Below are positions 39,202 through 53,994 of a DNA stretch of 64,000 bases, piece by piece; within the stretch, counting starts at the first letter, position 1; each line of letters opens with the position of its first letter. Location of the stretch: positions 13,454,001 to 13,518,000 of the forward strand of contig OX597825.1 of NCBI GenBank assembly GCA_951406725.2, in the 5' to 3' direction. The position numbers and the translations under genes were made by a program. This DNA is from Octopus vulgaris. Its lineage: Eukaryota. A model generated the notes under the pieces. The model did not search any database and was not told the DNA's origin. It saw only the letters and a list, made by a program, of their open reading frames with translations.

Positions 39202-39250
<49 letters not shown>

Positions 39251-39450
39251 CTCTTATTATAAAAGGCAGATTTTATCTGCCTCCCTTTGGGAGTTATACA
39301 AATCTACAATATAGGATTTCTTCAATTACAATTTACCTAGCATTTTTGAGAGTACAATGCATCGCGTCATGCCAGGTCCAGTTTTTAAAATTTAAACTCC
39401 AATTAAGCAAAATTTACAGAAAACTCACATTCTGGTGTGTGTGTCAAATG

Positions 39451-39499
<49 letters not shown>

Positions 39500-39726
39500 T
39501 GTGTGTGTTTGTGTGTCTGTGCTTGTTCCCCTAGCATTGCTTGACAACCGATGCTGGTGTGTTTACGTCCCCGTAACTTTAGCGGTTCGGCAAAGGAGAC
39601 CGATAGAATAAGTACTGGGCTTACAAAAGAATAAGTCCCGGGGTCGAGTTGCTCGACTAAAGGCGGTGCTCCAGCATGGCCGCAGTCAAATGACTGATAC
39701 AAGTAAAAGAGTAGAAGAGTAAGAGT
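39046..39726 (+). mobile_element. SINE family A full copy with a nested insert and a ~106-bp flanking duplication
   Basis: Head at 39046-39200 and tail to 39726. The flank 38941-39046 is repeated at 39727-40232, split by another SINE. Confidence 0.9.
39250..39453 (+). mobile_element. Possible Helitron-like 5' fragment inside the SINE's (TA)n
   Basis: It starts A|TCTCTTATTATAAAA followed by the hairpin ggcaga-tttta-tctgcc. No 3' CTRR end is seen. Confidence 0.35.
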
Positions 39727-39797
39727 AAATATCTAACTCAAACCACGTGGAAACAAAAAACATCGTTCCGTAAACGTAAACGTATATGTGCATGCGT

Positions 39798-40185
39798 GTG
39801 GAGGCGCAATGGCCCAGTGGTTAGGGCAGCGGACTCGCGGTCATAGGATCGCGGTTTCGATTCCCAGACCGGGCGTTGTGAGTGTTTATTGAGCGAAAAC
39901 ACCTAAAAGCTCCACGAGGCTCCGGCAGGAGATGGTGATGATCCCTGCTGTACTCTTTCACCACAACTTTCTCTCACTCTTACTTCCTGTTTCTGTTGTA
40001 CCTGTATTTCAAAGGGCCGGCCTTGTCACTCTCTGTGTCACGCTGAATATCCCCGAGAACTACGTTAAGGGTACACGTGTCTGCAGAGTGCTCAGCCACT
40101 TACACGTTAATTTCACGAGCAGGCTGTTCCGTTGATTCGGATCAACCGGAACCCTCGTCGTCGTAACCGACGGAGTGCTTCCACC
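39798..40185 (+). mobile_element. Young tRNA-derived SINE (family C) with a perfect 12-bp TSD
   Basis: A box tggcccagtgg and B box ggtttcgattcc. TSD atgtgcatgcgt at 39786-39797 and 40186-40197. CpGs are retained. Confidence 0.9.
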
Positions 40186-41024
40186 ATGTGCATGCGTAAA
40201 GGCTTATCATGAATATGTATATTCACAAACAGATATACACACACGAAAGTTCACAAAAGACATTCGTTTTTACGTTAAACAACATGCGTATACGTAATCA
40301 GCTAACAACTCTGTCTGTCTGTCTGTCTCTCTCTCTCTGTCTCACTCTCTCTCACACACACACACACACGTGTATTCAAACTTCTTTAAAAGGAAAATGA
40401 TAACGATAATAAATAACTAAACAATTCCTTTATTTATTTTTCCTCTGACAGATGTTTACGCAAATGCAATGAAGTCACAGAAAATCGCGCCTTACAAATT
40501 ATTTCTCTGAACCATCTTTTTCCATTCTCCCGCTCTCTCACATCCCTTTCATAATCTCTCTTCACCGTTTCCCCCCACTCAAACTCTCTCTCTCTTTTCC
40601 CTAATTTCTTTCTCTCTCCCTCTCTCTTATAATCAACTCCTCAAACCCCTACTCTTGTATCTCTTTGGTATTTTCCTTTCATATTTTTCTTTCTATCTCT
40701 CCTCCTCCTCTTGCTTCACCGTTTGCATCTGAAATTGTTGCGCCCGCCCACAACGCCCAGGAATCCCTTGTTGCAAAACTGAATATGGGTTAATCTGATT
40801 CCAGGCTGTTGTCATATTACGACGACTATCTCTCTCGCTGATATTACTACTTCAGCTTGCTTTTCTTGCGTTTTCTGTGGCAGCAGTACCTTTTGTAGTA
40901 CACTTTGCAAGCCTAACAGACCTTCAACAACCAACAGAAATTCTCTGAATGCAGCGAGCGAAACGCATCACGTTTCTTTCATTGCCTTTACCGTTCTTCA
41001 TGCACTTAATTCTTCTACACACGT

Positions 41025-41188
41025 TTCTTCTTCTTCATTTTCTTTTTCTTCTTCTTCTCCTTCTTCTTCTTCTACATCTTCTTCTTCTTCTTCTTCTTCT
41101 TCTTCTTCTTCTTCTTCTTCTTCTTCTTCTTCTTCTTCTACATCTTCTTCTTCTTCTTCTTCTTCTTCTTCTTCTTCTTCTTCTTCTT

Positions 41189-41236
<48 letters not shown>

Positions 41237-41460
41237 TCTCCTTCTCCTTCTCCTTCTTCTCCTTCTCCTTCTTCTTCTTCTTCTTCCTCTTCTCCTCCTC
41301 CTTCTTCTCCTCCTCCTTCTTCTCCTCCTCATCCTTCTCCTCCTCATTCTTCTTCTTCTTTCATTTTCTTTTCCAATTTTCTTCTATTCCTTCTTCTTCT
41401 TCTTCTTCTTCTTCTTCTTCTTCTTCTTCTTCTTTTCCTTCTGCCATTCCTTCTTCATCT
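41025..41460. repeat. (TTC)n/(TAC)n/(TCC)n compound microsatellite
   Basis: Read directly from the sequence. Confidence 0.95.
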
Positions 41461-41959
41461 TCTTTTTTTCTTCTTTTCCTTCTATTCCATCTTTATTTTT
41501 TTCTATTTTCCTTCTTTTCCTCTTCTTTTCCATCTTTCATTTTCTTTTCTATTTTTCTTCTTCGTCGTCGTCGTCGTCGCCACCATCTTCCTCCTTTACG
41601 CATTCACCTCCTTCTCCTTCCCCCTCCTTCAACCATTCCTCCTCCTCCTCCTCCCTCCCTCCCTCCCTAATTAATATGTCTGATTATCTCAGTATATGTT
41701 GTCTAAATATTATTGTTGAGGCATACAGAACCGAGCGATGGAGAAATGGATAAGTGGATGGAGGTGGCGAAGAAAATACAGAATAATAAAAAAAAAATGA
41801 CGAGGAAAGTAGCTGAAAGAGCAGGAAAATCTAAAAAAAGGAACCACCAAAAAAAAAAAAAATTAAGAGAAAGGGAAAGAAAGATGTGTGTCCGTCTGTA
41901 TAAAAATGTGTGCGAATTCACGTACAAACACACATAATGTGCTTTACTTATACGAAATC

Positions 41960-42150
41960 TTGTGGGTAGTAAAGAAATAGGTATTTCGTCTGTCTTTATG
42001 TTCTGAGTTCAAATTCGGCCGAGGTCGACTTTACCTTTCATCCTTTCGGCGGTCGATAAATTAAGTACCAATTACGCACTGGGTTTCGATCTAATCGACT
42101 GGGCCCCCTCCCCCAAAATTTCGGGCCTTGTGCCTCGAGTAGAAAAGATT
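41960..42150 (+). mobile_element. SINE family B
   Basis: Family B core and tail. Confidence 0.85.
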
Positions 42151-42865
42151 TAGTAACAACAATGTTTCTGTCTTATATATATTTACTTCTACACTCGCAT
42201 ATCGTATATCTGAATACATAAGATAAATCGTATATTTAATAAAAGTTGAATCAACTGCTTCTTCAAGAAATATCAGACGATTCAGAGCGGCCTGTAAAGA
42301 AACCAATCTTTCTTTTTTTCTCTCTCTCCCTATATACAATCTCTTCGGCTTCTTTTTTTACACTGTTTTTCTGAACTTGTATTGTTGTGGCTTTCTTATG
42401 CTTTGCGTATTATTTGACTATAATCTTACCTTATAACTGACGTCGATGTGAAATGAAACGAAAAAACGAGTCAAAAGCAAATGTTTGTTTTCTAGCAAAA
42501 TAATCTGATTTTCTAAATCCGGTATTCAACAATCAACTTCTGAATAGCTGAGAAAAAAATTATAAGCAGAGCCATAAAAGAAGATTGAAGCTCTTTTAGG
42601 CTTCCGTAGTTCAATGGAATCTGTTAAAATACTGTCCGATTCTTAATGAACCACACGGGTTCGTTGTTAATCTCCGTTTTGGATAGCGTTAAGAGTATAA
42701 GATGTAAATAAATCTCCCATTGGATAAGTTGCCTTCACAATGCTGATATGTTTTTCTTCGAGAAGAATTAAATTCTCCATTACAAGCCAAACAAACGATT
42801 GTTATTCGAACCAGGCATTTGTGCATTTGTATGCTAGAAATAGCAGTCAAATTCTCCCTGGAACA

Positions 42866-43295
42866 GGATCTTTTCTGTTTGAACGGCAGTTTTTAACATA
42901 ATTTCTAGGTAACTAAAAAATTTTAAACTTCGTATACTGGTAGAATGTGTTTATAAAACATCTTTTTCTCTTGGCTTTATTGAGAAAATTCTATAGTTTG
43001 TAAGATATTTGTTGTTTTTTTTTCTTCAATTTCTGCAATTTCAACCAATCAATGACGTTTATTGGGGTAAAAAAAACATTCTGTGCCATATGAATATGTC
43101 CCTCGTTTAAGAAACAGATTGGGTTTATTTACATTTGTGAAGAAAAAAAGATACCTTTCCCCCCACCCCTAACCCTAACTAACCCTAACCCTAAAACAGA
43201 TTGAAATGCAATAGATCGATATTAGGGTCATAATTATGGATGACAATTTCATATGACACCGTTAGAAAAAACTGCCGTTCAAACCGAAAAGATCC
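42866..43295 (-). mobile_element. TIR element copy 4
   Basis: ggatcttttctgtttgaacggcagttttt ... aaaaactgccgttcaaaccgaaaagatcc, with internal (ccctaa)n. Confidence 0.9.
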
Positions 43296-44439
43296 GTATA
43301 TTGTGCATCACGAACTATAATTGTCCTGTGATTGAAATTTATGGCTGGAATTCTCTTGATTTGGGGATCTGGTTTGTCTTGGGGTGCTGAAGCAATAAGT
43401 GTCATGGTCGTAAACCAAGAACAAGTATGCGCATAACAGTTTTTTTTGCAAACCACGGATCACCATTTGACATGCATGAAGGAACGTGAACGTTCGATTT
43501 ACTGTTGTGTCATATCATTAATTCCTTGGATTTACAGCTTCTTATACAGATTCCATGAGATTAACAAAGCCTTGACTCAACAACAAAGGCAAAATCTTCA
43601 GCAATGAGAGACTTGGACTTACTGACGTTTAAGAGACATAATCATATATAAATGAGTTTCTCAGCCGTGTTTGCTAGACTGGATTGCTTTTAGAATTGAA
43701 GCCATAGTATTAAGTCATTGATAATATCACAAATATAATCCATTGATTGACAATTTGAATGCGCTTCAAATTGAAAATTAATTCGCATTTAGGAAGAAAT
43801 AACACCAGAAAGTGGAACAGATCTTAGTTTGGAAACAATGAAAAATACATTTCATGGAAATATTCCATGTATTTAAAGTTACTGGGAAAATCATAGGAAA
43901 GCTTTTCCGAATATAGAGTGACACCATAATAACAATACGCCCTCGCCATATTAACTTTGTTTCCTCATAACTTCCAGAAAAATAGATATTTTTGAAGGAA
44001 ATTTTCTACTAACACGGTTTGAATTACGATTATATCGAAATTTCTTGAGAAAAGTATTTTTCCAGAGGTGGAGAGAGGAGTTTCAGAAAATTTATATGAG
44101 CCGGCTTTGTTTCCTCACAACTTTCAGAAAAATGGGTATCTTTTAATGAAATTTTCTACGCATACCTTTCAGTCTCTGTAGATTACGATTATAGCGGAGC
44201 AGCAAAAAATGGTGAGCGTGGCACATTTGTATGACTGCGAATACTTGCATATACCTACATACGGATAAACTTCACATTTTTTTTTCTCGAAATTTCCAGT
44301 TGCATTTGGTAGATATATGCGATGTGTATCAGTGTGTATGTGTTCAAGACCACCAGGTTTTGCTTTTCGATTTTCAAATCAAATTCTGATATGATCGTTA
44401 TCTTCATAATCTGAATGGTATTTTCTTTCATTCTTCTAA

Positions 44440-45076
<637 letters not shown>

Positions 45077-45903
45077 TATGAAATACTTTCATTGAAAAAT
45101 ATCCATTTTTCTGAGATCTATAAGTAAACATAGCCAATTTGTAAGAATTTTCCGAAATTCCCCTCAGCACCTCTGGGGAAAACTTCTTCTCAAAGTTATG
45201 AGGAAACAAAGTCGACGGGATGGGGGCGGGGCACACTTGTGTAGGTATGCTTACGAATATATACATATACCTACTAAATGCTTACTGTAACACTTTTGTT
45301 TCAACTTTCGACAGCTTTGTTTTATAATTAGACAAGAAAATATCGATTTTATGTTAATAAATACGAGGCCTTGGAATTATAGAGGAAATTTGATGACTTT
45401 CACATTGATAATTTCGTTACTTTTTAATTACAGTGACTGCGTTATATATATATATATATATATATTAATTGAATTACCTTCGTATAGGAATCGAAACTGG
45501 GTTTTAGTGACAAGTATAAACCATTTGTTTCCCCACTTACGTTGTTAATTAAAATACACACGACAAGTATATACTTTTAATTATGATCACTCGCAAGCTT
45601 GAGTAATAACCCTTTAGCTTTTGCCGACAAAATCATAAAGAAAAAAATAAGAACAAAGGGCTGTTTTATATAAAACGATTATTGGAGAGGAAAAAAAAAA
45701 GATTTTTAATTAAATTAATGATTAGTAAAAGTATAAAAATATATTTTATATCGATATATGTGTGTGTATTTTTTTTTTTTTGATTTTTAAAACAATATGA
45801 ATATTCTTAAATATCCATATTTAATTATATACAATCACTTCTGACATTTAGAACACTTGCTACATTATATCATATTTCCTCTAAAAATAATAGTTGCCTT
45901 AGA

Positions 45904-46059
<156 letters not shown>

Positions 46060-46330
46060 GTATGTATATATATGTATGTATGCACAGACACTTTATGTAA
46101 CCTACATTTAAAGTACAAATAACGATATATATATATGCACAGTTTAAACTGAGGTCAGACCTAATAGAGCAGATCTCTGAACTGTCCTTCTTTCAGATAC
46201 ACAGTTCTGGATTAAATCATTAAACAGAATAAGCACATGCTTAGGGTAACCACTAAGTTACAGGGGACGTAAACACACAAACATCGGGTGTTAAGCGATG
46301 GTGGGGGACCAACACAAACACAAACATATT

Positions 46331-46905
46331 CAGGTGCAGGAGTGGCTGTGTGGTAAGTAGCCTGCTTACCAACCACACGGTTCCCGGTTCAGTCCCACTG
46401 CGTGGCACCTTGGGCTTCTACTATAGCCTCGGGCCGACCAAAGCCTTGTGAATGGATTTGGTAGACGGAAACTGAAAGAAGCCTGTCGTATATATTTATA
46501 TGTATATACATATATTTGTGTGTTTGTGGGTCTGTGTTTGTCCCCCCAACATCGCTTGACCACCGATGCTGGTATGTTTACGCCCCCGTGACTTAGCGGT
46601 TCGGCAAAAGAAACCGATAGAATATGTAGTAGGCTTACAAAGAATAAGTCCTGGGGTCGATTTGCTCGACTAAAAGGCGGTGCTCCAGCATGGCCGCAGT
46701 CAAATGACTGAAACAAGGAAAAAAATATATATATATATATTTATACATGACAGGCTTCTTTCAGTTTCCATGTACTAAATCCACTTACTAGGCTTTGATC
46801 GGCTCTGTATTATAGTAGAAGACACTTGCCCAAGGTGCCATGCAGTGGGACTGAACCCCGAACCGTGTGGCCTGGGAAGCAAGCTACTTACCACACCGCA
46901 CCTGT
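46331..46905. mobile_element. Adjacent inverted SINE family A copies (+ 46331-46717, - 46748-46905)
   Basis: Family A motifs in both orientations. Confidence 0.85.
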
Positions 46906-47269
46906 AGACCAATACCGAAGGATCACCTTCATCTCTCTGAATCTCCGACTTCGATCTCGACACTGTTTTTCTTGAAGCATTGGGAAATAAGTACAAACAA
47001 ACACACACACACATACTCACTTAAACATACACGCATATACAGTGAACCCAAAGTAATGTCGTAACCAAATACGACAGACAGACAGACAGACAGCCAGTGT
47101 CTCTTAAGACTGGATCTTTAAGACTTAAACAACTGTCATGATGGCTTCGTTCGTTCGTTCCATCAACGTTGACCGGAATGTTTTATTAAGTATTAGGTGA
47201 CAAAGACTTCACCAAAAGTACCGATGTTTAAATAGTTTCTCTGTTTACACACGCCTGAAATGTGTGCGT

Positions 47270-47306
<37 letters not shown>

Positions 47307-47542
47307 CACAAGCACACGTGCATGCATACATATACAATGTGAGCACATAGTATATGATAGAAAGGATTTATCAGTATACACATTTATGTGTGTCAGTGAT
47401 TGCGTGTGTGTGTGTGTGTATGTATGTTTTGCAGAAAATTATGTAAATTTTGAGCACTGGATGGCTGGGAAAACAATCTAGAAATTTGGGTAAATACCCT
47501 AGCAGATGAAAAAAAGTTGTCAGTAGGCAACTACAGATATAC

Positions 47543-47575
<33 letters not shown>

Positions 47576-47599
47576 CACACAGATATATCTCTTTTTTGT

Positions 47600-48005
47600 C
47601 TTCTCTTTTACTTGTTTCAGTCATTTGACTGCAGCCATGCTGGAGCACCGCCTTTAGTCGAGCAAATCGACCCCAGGACTTATTCTTTGTAAGCCTTGTA
47701 CTTATTCTATCGATCTCTTTTGCCAAACCGCTAAGTTACGGGCACGTAAACACACCACCATTGGTTGTCAAGCGATGTTGGGGAGACAAACACAGACACA
47801 CAAACATATACACTCATATACACACACACATATATATATATATATATACGATGGGCTTCTTTCAGTTTCCGTCTACCAAATCCATTCACAAGGCTTTGGT
47901 CAGCCTAAGGCTGTAGTAGAAGACACTTGCCCAAGGTGCCATGCAGTGGGAATGAACCTGGAACCATGTGGTTGGTAAGCAAGTTACTTACTACACGGCC
48001 ACTCC
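47600..48005 (-). mobile_element. SINE family A full copy
   Basis: Reverse complement of the 6222-6633 structure. Confidence 0.9.
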
Positions 48006-48030
48006 CATATATATATATGGATGGATAGAC

Positions 48031-48118
<88 letters not shown>

Positions 48119-48564
48119 GGATGGGTGGATGGATGGATGGACAGATAACAAAAAATGGCATTGACAACGACTTCATTGTTTCAAATTATTTAAACTTTAT
48201 TCTTGTTAATGAAAATAAATATGTTCTCAAAAAACTGAATAATTCTTAAGTTTAATGTAAAATTGTTATTATACCATGATAGAAAAACAAGCTTACCCAT
48301 ACGCACACAACATTTATGATATTTGAAAGGTTTTATTTAAATAACCATTTTATATTGGTTTCAATAATGGACTTTTCAATACTATATATTTATATATAAG
48401 TATCCATCATTTGAAGGGCAATTGAAATTTAGATAAAGATTTAGAAGGAAGAAAAATATCGAGCTCCAAACTCATGGTTAACTGCGTCTTAAAACATTTC
48501 CGTTCACCGCATTGAAATTTATGCTCTCTTTCTCTCTGCCTGTCTGTCCTTCTCTCTCTCTCTC

Positions 48565-48601
<37 letters not shown>

Positions 48602-48739
48602 GTATATATATATATATGTATATAAACAATACATTCAAAAGAGATATCTCAAGAATTCAATCACTACTACAATCCACAACAGGTCACTTTCAGGGCACTT
48701 GACCATTTAACATACTACTACTATCATGACACTCCCGCA

Positions 48740-48960
48740 TTCTTCTTCTTCTTCTTCTTCTTCTTCTTCTTCTTCTTCTTCTTCTTCTTCTTCTTCTTCT
48801 TCTTCTTCTTCTTCTTCTTCTTCTTCTTCTTCTTCTTCTTCTTCTTCTTCTTCTACTTCTTCGTCTCCTTCCTCTTCCTCTACTTTCTTCTCCTTCTTTC
48901 TCTTCTTCCCCTTCTTCTTCTTCTTCTTCTTCTTCTTCTTCTTCTTCTACTTCTTCTTCC
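48740..48960. repeat. (TTC)n microsatellite
   Basis: Read directly from the sequence. Confidence 0.95.
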
Positions 48961-49170
48961 ATATACATATATATATGTATATATATATATATGACAGGCT
49001 TCTTTCAGTTTCCATCTACCATATCCACTCACAAGGCTTTGGTTTACTCGAGGCTATATTAAAAGACAATTGTCCAAGGTGCCACACAGTGGGACTGCAC
49101 CCAGAACTATGTAGTTGGTAGCAAGCTCTGTACCATACAGCCACGCCTCAAGTTTTTTGCTTTGTGTTTC

Positions 49171-49211
<41 letters not shown>

Positions 49212-49415
49212 TTGTGTCTGTGTTTGTCCCCCCACCATCACCTGACAACCGATGTTGGTGTGTTTATGTCCCCATAACCTAGCGGTTTGGCAAAAGAAAC
49301 CAATAGAATAAGTAGTTGGCTTACAAAGAATAAGTCTTGGAGTCGATGTGTTTGACTAAAGGCAGTGCTCCAGCATGGTCACAGTCAAATGAATGAAACA
49401 TATAAAAGAATAAAA

Positions 49416-49465
<50 letters not shown>

Positions 49466-49582
49466 GGAGTACTAGCCGTAGAAACAATATAGGACGAAGT
49501 CCCTTTGGAAAACTCTACAGAAAAGGATTCCATCAAAAAGCATGGCAGTATATTAAAAAACCTTTACGGTTGAAGTATAAAC

Positions 49583-49836
49583 ATCTTATAATTAAGGTCT
49601 AAAGAAGGTTATTCTAAAGCCAATACACTGATTTATCCACTTATAATCCACTTGTTACAGGAAAATTGAACTGAAAGCGGGCAACTAACCTTTAGAAAAT
49701 TTAAATAACCAAATTTAAATTTTCTAAAGGTTAGTTGCCCGCTTTCAGTTCAGTTTTCCTGTAACAAGTGGATTATAAGTGGATAAATCAGTGTATTGGC
49801 TTTAGAATAACCTTCTTTAGACCTTAATTATAAGAT
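49583..49836. repeat. Long inverted repeat with 124-bp arms, a 6-nt loop and one mismatch
   Basis: atcttataattaaggtctaaagaagg...gaaaatttaaat [aaccaa] atttaaattttc...ccttctttagaccttaattataagat. Confidence 0.95.
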
Positions 49837-50467
49837 ACATAAATATATATATATATATATATATATACAATGAGCTTCTTTCATTTTCCATCTACCAAAT
49901 GCACTTGACTAGGCTTTGGTTGGCCTGAGGCTATAGTAGAAGGCACTTGCCCAAGTTGCCATGCAGTGGGACTGAACCCAGAACCATGTGGTTGGGAAGC
50001 AAGCTTCTTACCACACAGCCATACTTGCACCATAAAAGCGAGTAGACTGGCCACTAGGTGCTGAAATCAAAATTCCTAAATGCTCTCCCTTAAACACAAA
50101 GCTACAAATCTGATTTGTAAGTGAAAGGTAACATCAACTGTGTTGACCCTTATTTTATCTGGAGGGGGGCGGTTTTTTTATTCCCCGGTATTCAATTCAC
50201 TCGCAGAAGTATGAAAAAGACAACGTTGATCTTGACACGAACTGAACTCAATACTGACAGATCTAAATAACTAAAAAGCTGTTAATCTAATACCATCTTA
50301 TTTCGCAAACTCTGTAAGTGCAAATAACACTACAAGAATTAGTGTTCCAAAAGTGCTTCATAATTTGATTATCGCAGCTGGAATAAGTGTGTTATAAAAT
50401 CAAATTTCTTGTAGCTTTCAAAAATTGCCAAAATTATTTTAGCAAAATTTCTTACTTTTTACTCTTG

Positions 50468-50510
<43 letters not shown>

Positions 50511-51107
50511 TTCTTACTAATCTCTTCCCCTTTTCTTCTTTTTTTTTTTTTTTGTCTTTTTTCGGTTATTAGTTTTTAAATTTTCCAGAAATCCATAATT
50601 GCATTAAAACTGTGCAATGTACTATTTGCATATGGCATTAGTTTTTCTCTATTTTTTTCTTTTTTTAACAATTTTTATTTTCATATTTTCTTTTTTTTTT
50701 TTTTTTTTGCATTCTTTTTATAAATTGTTAGTTTTGAACGAAAGATTTGCTGAAAATGGAATCAATTCTCAATTAAATACACCAAGTACAGGCAATGTAT
50801 TATCAGCACAATATATAGGATTCCGGTTTTTTTTTTTTTCCCCTCTTTTCTCTTTTCTCTTTCATACTGGTTTTTAGTCATAGATACATCTGTGCCATAT
50901 TTTAACTACTTATTTATTTTATACTGCAATTTTGGCGAACAATAACATTGTTGGTTGCAGTTCTCAATCTGATTTATTTCCTTTCCAACAACGAGAATGA
51001 TGACGTAAAACTGTAGGGGTGGAACAAATATTACAAGGGACTTCATTTGGAATGCACCCATTTTCAATACTTCTATCATAGGCGCAGGTGTGGCTATCAT
51101 AGGTGCT

Positions 51108-51653
51108 TGAAGGTGACGAGCTGCCAGAAATGCTAGCATGCCAGGCGAAATGCTTAGCAGTATTTCGTCTGCCGCTATGTTCTGAGTTCAAATTCCTCCG
51201 AAGTCTGCTTTGCCTTTCATCCTTTCCAGGTCGATTAAATAAGTACCAGTTACGCACTGAGGTTGATATAATCGACTTAATCTGCTTGTCTGTCCTTGTT
51301 TGTCTCCTCTGTGTTTAGCCCCTTGTGGGTAGTAAAGAAATAGGTATTTCATCTGCTGCTATGTTCTAAGTTCAAATTCCACCGAAGTCTACTTTGCCTT
51401 TCATCCTTTCGGGGTCGATAAATTAAGCACTGGATTTGATATAATTGACTTAATCTGCTTGTCAGTCCTTGTTTGTCCCCTCTATGTGTAGCTCCTTGTG
51501 AGCAGTAAAGAAATAAGAAGCTTGCTTTCCCATTCACATAGTTCTGGGTTAAGTCCCATAGCATGGAATCTTGGGCAAGTGTCTTCTACTATAGCATTGG
51601 GCTGACCAAAGCCTTGTGAGTGCATTTGGTAGGCAGAAACTGGAAGAAACCTG

Positions 51654-51699
<46 letters not shown>

Positions 51700-51910
51700 T
51701 ATATATATATATATATAGGTGTGTTTGTGTGTCTTTGTGTCTGTGACAACTGATGTTGTTGTGTTTATATCACCATACCTTTGCAGTTCAGTAAAAGTGA
51801 CTGATAGAATAAGTACTAGGCTTACAAAGAAGTCCTGGGGTCGATTTCTGCAACTAAAAACCCTTTAAGGCAATGCTCCAGCATGGCCACAATCAAGTGA
51901 CTGAAATAAG
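51108..51910 (+). mobile_element. Tandem SINE B copies followed by a SINE A copy
   Basis: Family motifs, CpG-decayed. Confidence 0.8.
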
Positions 51911-52825
51911 CAACAAAATAACACTAGCTTTCAGATTTCTTTCTCAAATATATTGCATATTTTGTCATATTGTCCTGAATTAATCCCAAGAGTTCAATGA
52001 TGTGTTTATATATTTTTAGAATGACATCGTGGGGAAGGTATGAGAGATCAGATGTGGTCAGTTTTACCAAAAACATCAGGTAGAATACATGAACTAAATA
52101 TGACTGCATTAAATGCTAAAGAGTTAGAGATATTATTCCAAAATGCTGTGCTCTGCGAACAGATTTGGAACCAGGTGTTTGCGAAGCAAAGTTCTTCAAA
52201 TTCTTATGAATGAACATTTAAACTTACATACACACATATTCCTTCTCATGCAATATATTTTGAGGAAGTTAGCTTGGAACAAGGCCATGGTTCTTCCAAG
52301 CTTTTATTCATAAAATAAGTTGAACCTGGCTATCTTTTCTACAAACTAGAATAAACTTTCATTCACTGAATGTTGCTGAGAAAACTTAGAATGGCATTTC
52401 GTTTTTGGATTTAGGCAAGCATATAAATATGTAGGATACGTACATACAGATGCACACACATACATACATATATACATATGCATACACACACATATATACA
52501 TACATACACATGCAAACACACACTCACACATACACACGTACATGCATGCATGTATAGGCACACACAAACACACTGACCGACACACATGCGCACAAACAAA
52601 CAAAAGGGAACGCACTGTAAATAACGGACAGAATCAAAACTATTGAAAAGGTTGCAAAATGCAACGAAAATTTTAGGACAATAAAAATAAGAAAAAAGTG
52701 GCAATTTTACTGGTGAGTGTGTTAAATAATAAGGCACAAAAAGAAAACGACTCTCCCCAGACACAACAGAACTTAGAATGGTAATTTATTCTGATTCAAC
52801 CACATTTATCTTTTGGCTTCAACAT

Positions 52826-52965
52826 CATCATCATCATCATCATCGTTTAGCGTCCGTTTTCCATGCTAGCATGGGTTGGACGGTTCTACTGGGGTCTGTG
52901 AAGCCAGAAGGCTTCAAATCTGGCAGTGTTTCTATGGCTGGATGCCCTTCCTAACGCCAACGATG
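52826..52965 (-). mobile_element. Repeat family D with a (GAT)n tail; other copies at 54241-54420 and 60655-60840
   Basis: (cat)n cgttta.cgtc...ttccatgctagcatgggttggacg...ggatgc.cttcctaa.gccaac is shared by three loci. Confidence 0.75.
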
Positions 52966-53229
52966 AACTATTTTCAATGGAAATTTCTTGAGCACAGATG
53001 CATCCCATATTTTGTTCTATTTCATCACAAATTTGTAACAAAATTTGACCTACCAACCTCTTTGTTGCCTGGTGCTCTATTATCTATCTGGCCAATCTCA
53101 TCTCTTACCTTATTAAATAAAACTCTAAATCACTTACTGGATATAAGGTCGGACAATTGTCATACTGTTGATAGCTGTTGAGTCTAAAACATATGTCAAC
53201 AGCTGTCCTCTCACCTTAAGACAATAACT

Positions 53230-53535
53230 GGAGGCACATGACCTAGTGGTTAGAGCAGCGGACTCGCAGTCGAGAGATCTTGGGTTCGAAACTCAGACCG
53301 GGTGATGAGTGTGTTTATGAGTGAAAACACCTAAGCTCCACGCGGCTCCGGCAGAGGGTGATGGCGAACTTCTGCTGACTCTTTCGCCACAACTTTCTCT
53401 CACTCTTTCTTCCTGCATCTTGCAGCTCACCTGCAACGGATTGGCGTCCCATCCAGGTGGGGAACCTATATGCCAAGAAAACGGGAAACCAGCCTTTATG
53501 AGCCAGGCATGGCTCGAGAAGGAACAAACAACAAG
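53230..53535 (+). mobile_element. tRNA-derived SINE with a family C head and a different 3' part
   Basis: gaggcacatgacctagtggttagagcagcggactcgc...gaaaacacctaagctccacg matches 39800-39930. Confidence 0.8.
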
Positions 53536-53932
53536 ACAATAAACCTGTTCTTTTCCTTCAAAAGCATTCCAGCTTTGGAGAATTCTTCTTGCTTTTTGAG
53601 ATCATCTCTTTTTCTCGAGTGAAGTTGGTCTTAGTTGTTATTTGGTAATTGTGATATATCTTCTGAAGATGAAGATCATTTCATTTTTAGTTTTTTGTTT
53701 TTGTTTTGCATCTGGTTTGCAAGATTCTTTATATTGGCATAATGACTCTCTCTAGACACAGTGAAATTGTTTTAGTAAATCAAAAGAACCGGGGAATGGA
53801 GCCAAATGCCAGCCCTTGACAAGAGCCTCATTGAATAAGTCCTAATATTTCAATTTCTTCACTTGGTGGGAAATAATGAGTCTGTCCTCCCAGGGCAATG
53901 TGAGTATATATATATGTCTATATATGTATATA

Positions 53933-53993
<61 letters not shown>

Positions 53994-53994
53994 C

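Noticed and set aside
39798-39875. tRNA gene
   Set aside because: The A/B boxes belong to a SINE head that continues into a repeat body with a TSD, and there is no complete cloverleaf.
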